Notes under the pieces: generated by a model | What the model was told of the DNA's origin: nothing | Database searches by the model: none | Seen by the model: only the letters and a program-made list of their open reading frames with translations | From: a virus | Taxonomy: Duplodnaviria; Caudoviricetes | Strand: one strand, 5' to 3' | Length of the DNA: 29,712 nucleotides | Virus record (IMG/VR): IMGVR_UViG_3300007670_000008 | Span: 1-29,712 of that record | Part shown: positions 24,047 to 29,712 of the stretch, piece by piece | Numbering within the stretch: position 1 is the first letter of the stretch | How the letters are laid out: each line of letters begins with the position of its first letter | Made by a program: the position numbers and the translations under genes

Positions 24047-24327
24047 CAAGCGGAACTATATACGACCAATTAGATTGGTGGCAGCGACAATGGCGGGGTT
24101 CATTTGATTTAGGGTTATACCTTGAAATATGCAGAATTAAAAAAAACGAACAAATAAAATTTAAAACTATGAAACGATTTAAAGCAACTTTTAAAACTTG
24201 GGCATACGTTGGCGCTCCAGTTAAGTTAGAAACACGAATAGTTAAAGCATACGACTTCCAACACGTTAAAAACTTAATACAAAAAAACGACGATATTATA
24301 ATTGAAATTAAACAAATAGAACAATGA
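24043..24327 (+). CDS. Hypothetical protein with probable internal start at 24169
   Basis: 94-aa ORF; in-frame TTTAAAACTATGAAA at 24160..24174. Confidence 0.6.
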   Translation: MTSGTIYDQLDWWQRQWRGSFDLGLYLEICRIKKNEQIKFKTMKRFKATFKTWAYVGAPVKLETRIVKAYDFQHVKNLIQKNDDIIIEIKQIEQ

Positions 24328-24554
24328 AACAAACAGCAGTAGAATGGTTGGTTGATGAGTATTTTGGGGGAATAGAAAATTGTACTCCCGATTTTAGATT
24401 TCATATACAACAAGCCAAAGAAATGGAAAGAGAACAAATAATAGATTTTGGCTATGATATAGCAGAAGACTTGGCTTGTGGTAAGTATAGAGATAAGAAA
24501 CATATGGAAGAAAGATATGATGAATTTTTAACATATAACCAAGAAGAACAATGA
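24324..24554 (+). CDS. MKQTAVEWL-type hypothetical protein, paralog 1
   Basis: MKQTAVEWL..QAKEMEREQIID. Confidence 0.75.
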   Translation: MKQTAVEWLVDEYFGGIENCTPDFRFHIQQAKEMEREQIIDFGYDIAEDLACGKYRDKKHMEERYDEFLTYNQEEQ

Positions 24555-24808
24555 AACAGACAGCAGTAGAATGGTTATTTGAAAAATTATGTTCAGAGAA
24601 ATTAAGTTGGAATAAAGACAGTAATGGAAAGTTATTTATTGATTTAACAACAAGCAATATATTTAACCAAGCCAAAGCAATGGAGAAGGAACAGATAATA
24701 GATACTTATGGTGAGGGTTTTACTGAAGGGTGTAGATATACAACTGGATTTGAACAAACACTTTGGGAAGATGATGAAGATTACTATAACAAAAATTATA
24801 AAAACTAA
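24551..24808 (+). CDS. MKQTAVEWL-type hypothetical protein, paralog 2
   Basis: MKQTAVEWL..QAKAMEKEQIID. Confidence 0.75.
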   Translation: MKQTAVEWLFEKLCSEKLSWNKDSNGKLFIDLTTSNIFNQAKAMEKEQIIDTYGEGFTEGCRYTTGFEQTLWEDDEDYYNKNYKN

Positions 24809-24813
24809 TAAAA

Positions 24814-25170
24814 ATGATAGAACTAATAAAACAAATTATAGAACAGGATCAACTAGGAAACAAAAACCGCAAGCGGGAAATAATACACCGCAGAATTTAT
24901 TTATTTAGAAAACTACGCGAGGACGGATACACGCTCAAAGGAATTGGAGATTTATTTAATTTAAACCACGCGACAGTTTTACACGGACTAAATACTTACA
25001 AAAATTTAGTAGAGACAAAAGACAAAATATTCCAACACGATATCGAATACTATAAACTTCTTTTGAGTTTGGAACGCCCAGAACTTGATCTGCGGAAGGA
25101 AATAAAAGAAGCCAGAAATTTAAGCGACCTGCGGAAAGTTCAACAACGAATCAAAAACAACTTTTACTAA
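24814..25170 (+). CDS. DnaA C-terminal-like HTH protein
   Basis: RKREII..R and GYTLKGIGDLFNLNHATVLHG resemble DnaA domain IV. Confidence 0.7.
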   Translation: MIELIKQIIEQDQLGNKNRKREIIHRRIYLFRKLREDGYTLKGIGDLFNLNHATVLHGLNTYKNLVETKDKIFQHDIEYYKLLLSLERPELDLRKEIKEARNLSDLRKVQQRIKNNFY

Positions 25171-25748
25171 TGGCTGACGATAAAAAATCATTTTTGCTTT
25201 ATTGCGATGTTTTGCATACAGTAGAAAAACTAACAGACGAACAGGCGGGAAAATTGTTTAAACACATTTTAAAATACGTTAACGATTTAAACCCAGAATG
25301 CGAAGACTTATTAACTGAAATAGCATTTGAACCGATTAAACAAAGTTTAAAGCGCGACTTGATAAAATGGGACGACAAAATACAAAAGCGAAGCGAAGCA
25401 GGGAAAGCGGGAGCAACCAAAAGATGGCAAAATATGGCAAACGATAGCAAACGCATAAAACCGATGGCAAAAATGGCTGTTAGTGTTAGTGTTAGTGATA
25501 GTGTAATAAATATATATAGACGCTTCGCGCATTTATCTATTTCAAATGATGAAGTAAAAAAGTTGCTAGAGAAAAACACACAGGAACAAATCGACAACGT
25601 TTTAAACGACATAGAAAACTACAAGGGCAATACTAAATATAAAAGTTTATATTTAACGGCTTCAAAATGGCTACAGAAAAACGAACCAACAGCGGAAGGA
25701 ATATCACCAGAAGAAATAAAAGCAAGAAAACATGGATACATTAAATAA
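25170..25748 (+). CDS. Replication initiator (DUF6291-like N-terminus)
   Basis: KKSFLLY..LTDEQAGKLF, GKAGATKRW linker, internal repeats; upstream of helicase. Confidence 0.75.
   Translation: MADDKKSFLLYCDVLHTVEKLTDEQAGKLFKHILKYVNDLNPECEDLLTEIAFEPIKQSLKRDLIKWDDKIQKRSEAGKAGATKRWQNMANDSKRIKPMAKMAVSVSVSDSVINIYRRFAHLSISNDEVKKLLEKNTQEQIDNVLNDIENYKGNTKYKSLYLTASKWLQKNEPTAEGISPEEIKARKHGYIK
25421..25504. repeat. Iteron-like repeats; candidate replication origin
   Basis: 10-nt phased AAGATGGCAA/AATATGGCAA/ACGATAGCAA/../CCGATGGCAA then (TGTTAG)x3. Confidence 0.6.
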
Positions 25749-26619
25749 CGGAGCCGCGCTGGAATACTTGCTTAACTACAGGGACGGCAAAATTAAACAC
25801 GGACTGGAACTTGGAAATGGACTAGACGACTATTTAAAATTTAAACGCAAGCAAGTAAATATAATTTTAGGCCACGACAACGTAGGCAAAACTTATTTTA
25901 TTAATTGGTATTTTTTAGCACTTGCACTAAAGCACAAACTGAAGTTTATCATTTGGAGCGGGGAGAACCAGCACGGGCAAATTTTGCGAGACTTGATACA
26001 GATGTACGCAGGTATAAATTTCAAACAATTAACCCACGATGAAATAAGAAACTACAGCGCATATTTAGAGCAATACTTTACATTTGTAAAAAACGACCGC
26101 CTGTACAAACACGAAGAACTATTTAAAATATTTAAAGACAGCGAAGCGGACGTTGCGCTTATTGATCCATTTACAGGCCTTGACCGAAATATGACATACG
26201 AAGGAAACTACCAGTTTATGAACGCAGCGCGAGAATTTGTAAATAAAACAGGAATGACGATTTATATTAATACGCACCCAAATACAGAAAGCGGAAGGAA
26301 CTCCAATATTTACGCAGAAGGAGACTTTAAAGGACATTTAAAAGCACCGTTAAAAGACCACGTAGAAGGCGGCAAGGCTTTCACAAATAGATGCGATGAT
26401 ATGATCGTAGTGCACAGGCTAATTAAACACGAAGTAATGAAATTTGTAACTTGGATAAGCACTGAAAAAATAAAGGATATTGATACAGGGGGAAAGCATA
26501 CAGGATTAAACGATCCCGTTTATTTAGAATACAACTACGGACTAGGATTTAAAGTTTACGGGAAAGATGTAATATCAGAATTTAGGCCAACAAACAAAAT
26601 TAACTTAAAACCTTTTTAA
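25732..26619 (+). CDS. SF4 (DnaB/T7 gp4-like) helicase domain protein
   Basis: Walker A ILGHDNVGKT, SGEN, Walker B ALIDP, THP. Confidence 0.75.
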   Translation: MDTLNNGAALEYLLNYRDGKIKHGLELGNGLDDYLKFKRKQVNIILGHDNVGKTYFINWYFLALALKHKLKFIIWSGENQHGQILRDLIQMYAGINFKQLTHDEIRNYSAYLEQYFTFVKNDRLYKHEELFKIFKDSEADVALIDPFTGLDRNMTYEGNYQFMNAAREFVNKTGMTIYINTHPNTESGRNSNIYAEGDFKGHLKAPLKDHVEGGKAFTNRCDDMIVVHRLIKHEVMKFVTWISTEKIKDIDTGGKHTGLNDPVYLEYNYGLGFKVYGKDVISEFRPTNKINLKPF

Positions 26620-26620
26620 A

Positions 26621-26911
26621 ATGGAACTAGAACTATTAAGCAGCAGAATAAACTTAAACCACACCTGCCTAAAATTACAGGTAAGCATAGACGAAATAAA
26701 AGCAAAGAACCCGCACCGAAATGATTTGATTACTTCAATGGAGCAAACTTTACATGAGGTTAAAAAAGCAATATTTATTTATCAAACTTTAGAAAAAGAA
26801 TTTAGAGCAACCAGACAAATAAACTTCGACCTGCAACATTTAAATTTAGAGTTGAAACAGGAAGTAAAAGATTTAAAAAAAATAATAGAATTTAACAACG
26901 CGGAACTTTGA
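26621..26911 (+). CDS. Coiled-coil hypothetical protein
   Basis: 96-aa ORF between helicase and NinG-like gene. Confidence 0.7.
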   Translation: MELELLSSRINLNHTCLKLQVSIDEIKAKNPHRNDLITSMEQTLHEVKKAIFIYQTLEKEFRATRQINFDLQHLNLELKQEVKDLKKIIEFNNAEL

Positions 26912-27429
26912 AAGCCAGAACAAAAAAATGCTTTAACTGCAAAGAACAATTTACACCTTTTAGCAGCCTGCAAAAGTTTTGTTTAAAAAACGAATGCATA
27001 AAGGAAATGATCCAGATACAGAAACTAAAGGAATGGAACAAGAAAAAAAAGAAATTAGTGGAAGACTTAAAAACCGCAAACGATTATTTAAAAATAGCCC
27101 AGCAGGTATTCAATAAATTTATTAGACACCGAGACGCAGGGCTAAATTGTATTTCGTGCAGCAAGCCATGCAAAAAAGAAAACGCAGGCCATTATTACTC
27201 GCAAGGCGGACATTCAAACGTTCGCTTTAACGAAGACAACGTACACCTTCAATGCGAAGCCTGCAACACTTATCTAAGCGGCAACTTGTTGAACTACCAG
27301 ATAGGCATAGAAAAACGAATAGGAGCGCAAAGATTAATGGACTTACAGGCATTAGCACACGAAACAAAGAAGTGGAGCAAAGACGAACTAAAAGACTTAA
27401 TAGAAACATATAAAAAAAAAATAAAATAG
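26908..27429 (+). CDS. ninG: NinG/Rap-like recombination endonuclease
   Basis: CFNC, AQQVFNKFIRHRD, CISC, NAGHY, RFNEDNVHLQCEACN. Confidence 0.9.
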   Translation: MKARTKKCFNCKEQFTPFSSLQKFCLKNECIKEMIQIQKLKEWNKKKKKLVEDLKTANDYLKIAQQVFNKFIRHRDAGLNCISCSKPCKKENAGHYYSQGGHSNVRFNEDNVHLQCEACNTYLSGNLLNYQIGIEKRIGAQRLMDLQALAHETKKWSKDELKDLIETYKKKIK

Positions 27430-27459
27430 TTGTTTATTAAAAAACTTTTCTTATATTTA
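27430..27459 (+). promoter_or_regulatory. Host-sigma promoter for recombination genes
   Basis: TTG-N19-TATATTTA (one mismatch to TAnnTTTG). Confidence 0.6.
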
Positions 27460-27488
27460 CATCTAATTACTAACTTAAAAATTTAACT

Positions 27489-28013
27489 ATGAAACATTTA
27501 TTTAAAGCATTAGCAGAATTTCAACAAGAAGTACCAGTGATCCACAAAGCAACACAAGGCTACGGATACACCTACGCAGACCTTCCGAAAATTTTTGAAG
27601 TGATCAACCCGCTACTAAAAAAACACGGACTAGGATTTACACAATTAATTAATTCAAAGGAAGGAGAAAACTATTTATCGACTATTTTATTTCACGTTGA
27701 AAGCGGTGAAAATTTAGAAAGCAATACATTGATCCCACAGGTAGAATTAAAGCAAATGAATTTATACCAATCTTTTGGAAGCGGAACGACCTACTTTCGT
27801 CGTTACTGTTTGAGTTCGATTTTGGGAATTGTGACGGATAAAGATACAGACGCAGGCGGGGAACAGGTAAAGCCAGAACCAAAAAAACAATCAATAGATA
27901 ACGCACGTTTTCAAAAAGCAATAGACGCAATAAGCAAAGGCGAATATACAACCGAAGAACTAACAACAAAGTTTAGTTTAACACCTGCACAATTAAAAAT
28001 AATAACAGCATGA
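27489..28013 (+). CDS. erf: ERF-family ssDNA annealing protein
   Basis: GYTYADL, LLKKHGLGFTQ, QSFGSGTTYFRRY..DKDTD. Confidence 0.9.
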   Translation: MKHLFKALAEFQQEVPVIHKATQGYGYTYADLPKIFEVINPLLKKHGLGFTQLINSKEGENYLSTILFHVESGENLESNTLIPQVELKQMNLYQSFGSGTTYFRRYCLSSILGIVTDKDTDAGGEQVKPEPKKQSIDNARFQKAIDAISKGEYTTEELTTKFSLTPAQLKIITA

Positions 28014-28681
28014 AAATACGTTGTTCTGCATTGGGGCGGTTAATGACCGCTCCACGCACCAAGACCGAAACATTAAGCAAGACCGCAAAGAGTTACATCC
28101 AAGAACTAGTGCTGGAACACAAGTACGGAATTAAAAAAGAATTTTCAAGTAGATACACGGACAAAGGATTACAATGCGAGGACGAAGCAATAAGTCTAGT
28201 TAATAATGTTTTAGGATTAAGTTTTATTTTTAAGAACGAGGAACACTTTAACAACGAATGGATAACAGGAACACCAGACGTAAACACGAACGAAATTTTA
28301 TTAGACATTAAATGCAGTTACGAAGCCCACACCTTCCCGTTCTTTGAAGACGAAATACCAACAAAAGACTACTACTACCAATTGCAGGGTTACATGTGGC
28401 TAACAGGAAAGACCGAAGCCTTGCTTTGTTATTGTTTAGTCAACACCCCGATAGAAATAGTCGAAGACGAAATACGCAGGGAGCACTGGAAACATTTTAA
28501 AATTGACGAAGATGCAGAACTGCGAGAATACGTAGAAAAAAAGCATAACTTTGATCACTTACCAGATGCAACAAAAGTCAAAGTATTTAAAATTGAAAGA
28601 GACGAAACAGTTATCTGGGAGATACAAAAAAAAGTTGAGGAAGGGAGAATTTATTTTAACCAATTAATAGAAACAATATGA
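28010..28681 (+). CDS. YqaJ/lambda-exonuclease-like PD-(D/E)XK nuclease
   Basis: IRCS, KG..E, GTPD..DIK, YYYQLQGYM. Confidence 0.85.
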   Translation: MKIRCSALGRLMTAPRTKTETLSKTAKSYIQELVLEHKYGIKKEFSSRYTDKGLQCEDEAISLVNNVLGLSFIFKNEEHFNNEWITGTPDVNTNEILLDIKCSYEAHTFPFFEDEIPTKDYYYQLQGYMWLTGKTEALLCYCLVNTPIEIVEDEIRREHWKHFKIDEDAELREYVEKKHNFDHLPDATKVKVFKIERDETVIWEIQKKVEEGRIYFNQLIETI

Positions 28682-28770
28682 AAGAAAAAACGATCGCAGG
28701 AATAATCGCACTTTTGCTTTATGGGTTTGCAATAGTAGGAATAATTAATTTTTTCAGATGGCTGATATGA
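28678..28770 (+). CDS. Small membrane peptide (30 aa)
   Basis: MKEKTIAGIIALLLYGFAIVGIINFFRWLI; ATGA overlaps at both ends. Confidence 0.5.
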   Translation: MKEKTIAGIIALLLYGFAIVGIINFFRWLI

Positions 28771-28964
28771 GCGCAAAAGAAAAAGCACAGGAGTTAGTAG
28801 ATAAGTTTATTTCTGTACCTTTATTAGATAGTTATGAAGCCAAACAATGTGCATTAGTAGCAATTGATGAAATGCTAGATTTTAGAAATGCTTTATACAT
28901 TAACGAGGGAAGTTTAGCACACAAGTATTTATTAGACATAAAACAAGAAATAAAAAAACTATGA
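28767..28964 (+). CDS. Hypothetical phage protein
   Basis: MSAKEKAQELVDKF..AKQCALVAIDE..IKQEIKKL; start chosen at ATGA overlap. Confidence 0.7.
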   Translation: MSAKEKAQELVDKFISVPLLDSYEAKQCALVAIDEMLDFRNALYINEGSLAHKYLLDIKQEIKKL

Positions 28965-29056
28965 AAACACGAATTAAAAAACTATGGCAATACTTTTGTT
29001 TCATAAACAAAGAAGTTTTAAAATGCCAAGTATTCACAGGAAGGGGCAAATTTTAA
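28961..29056 (+). CDS. Small hypothetical protein (31 aa)
   Basis: ATGA overlap; allele at 1..52 differs mostly synonymously. Confidence 0.65.
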   Translation: MKTRIKKLWQYFCFINKEVLKCQVFTGRGKF

Positions 29057-29059
29057 TTT

Positions 29060-29545
29060 ATGGTTACTTTTAACTTTCCAAAATCGTTTTGGATAATTGC
29101 AGAACAAATAGGATTAGCCCGCACGGTAGTAAACAAAGAACTAACAATAAAAGCCCCCAGATACGATAGAGGGGAAAAAAACCAACACGTAGACACGCTG
29201 GGCATTTTAGGAGAGTTGATCGCAATGGAATATTTAACACAAAAAAACTATGAGTTTACTGCTGCTCAATTGCTAGATTACAAACCAAGTAAAAACGCAG
29301 ACTTAATTGTTAAAGGGAAACGAATAGACGTAAAGACAAGCAGGAAATCAGAATACGAAATGTTACTAGTAAATGAGGAAGCACACAACAAAGGATTAAA
29401 CAAAATAGATTTATACTTATTTGTTTATGTTTTAAATGAGAGCACCGCAGAATTTTATACTGTAAATTACGATGAAGTAAACAAATGGCCGTGCAAGTTA
29501 ATGAAATACACAAATGCTTTTTATACAAAAATAATAGACCTATGA
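29060..29545 (+). CDS. Accessory PD-(D/E)XK-like endonuclease
   Basis: GILGE..ADLIV..RIDVKT motif; absent from the allele at window start. Confidence 0.6.
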   Translation: MVTFNFPKSFWIIAEQIGLARTVVNKELTIKAPRYDRGEKNQHVDTLGILGELIAMEYLTQKNYEFTAAQLLDYKPSKNADLIVKGKRIDVKTSRKSEYEMLLVNEEAHNKGLNKIDLYLFVYVLNESTAEFYTVNYDEVNKWPCKLMKYTNAFYTKIIDL

Positions 29546-29712
29546 ACATACAAATACAAGACAAAAACGTTTTAAGCGTTATGGCGCGATTTAAAGAACG
29601 TTCGGAAGCAGGAATGAAGAAATACAAGACAACGTTAGAACGAACGGATTTAAGCACGTTAGAATGGCTTACACACGCACAGGAAGAAGCAATGGACTTT
29701 GTTCTTTACTTG
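29542..29712 (+). CDS. Second allele of 56..262, truncated by window end
   Basis: 163/171 nt identical to 56..226. Confidence 0.85.
   Translation, partial: MNIQIQDKNVLSVMARFKERSEAGMKKYKTTLERTDLSTLEWLTHAQEEAMDFVLYL

Noticed and set aside
49-29657. Minus-strand ORFs in the track (e.g. 3451..4095, 13733..14257, 23841..24503)
   Set aside because: They shadow well-supported + genes and have the Phe/Leu/Ser-rich composition expected antisense to A-rich coding DNA
1-29712. Stop-codon reassignment
   Set aside because: Genes are intact and densely packed under the standard code; TAA, TGA and TAG all act as stops

Overview
The window looks like an essentially complete, circularly permuted ~29-kb tailed dsDNA phage genome. 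A siphovirus-like morphology is inferred. The likely host is Bacteroidota/Flavobacteriia, based on TTG-N19-TAnnTTTG promoters and A-rich start regions without Shine-Dalgarno sites. All credible genes are on the + strand. Gene order: ECF-like sigma factor, ParB-methylase, terminase, tail module, tape measure, protease/scaffold/capsid, tail tube, portal, lysis, phosphoesterase, a palindrome-rich non-coding region, small early genes, then lambda-like replication/recombination. I recognised no integrase or repressor. The main observations are: (1) a ~50-nt promoter-to-terminator unit whose 5' part is antisense to the start-codon regions of the early genes but not the late genes (candidate anti-start-codon sRNA); (2) a four-copy bipartite late promoter, AACAAA-N13-AATTAWAT, that fits the phage sigma factor; (3) two window ends that are diverged alleles of one locus differing by a precisely inserted PD-(D/E)XK gene; (4) a ~130-bp helically periodic element in 2-3 copies; (5) a T9 -1 frameshift with long dual coding; (6) a portal-MuF-like fusion; (7) a unimolecular spanin candidate. 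All function calls come from motif recognition by eye. No database search was run.
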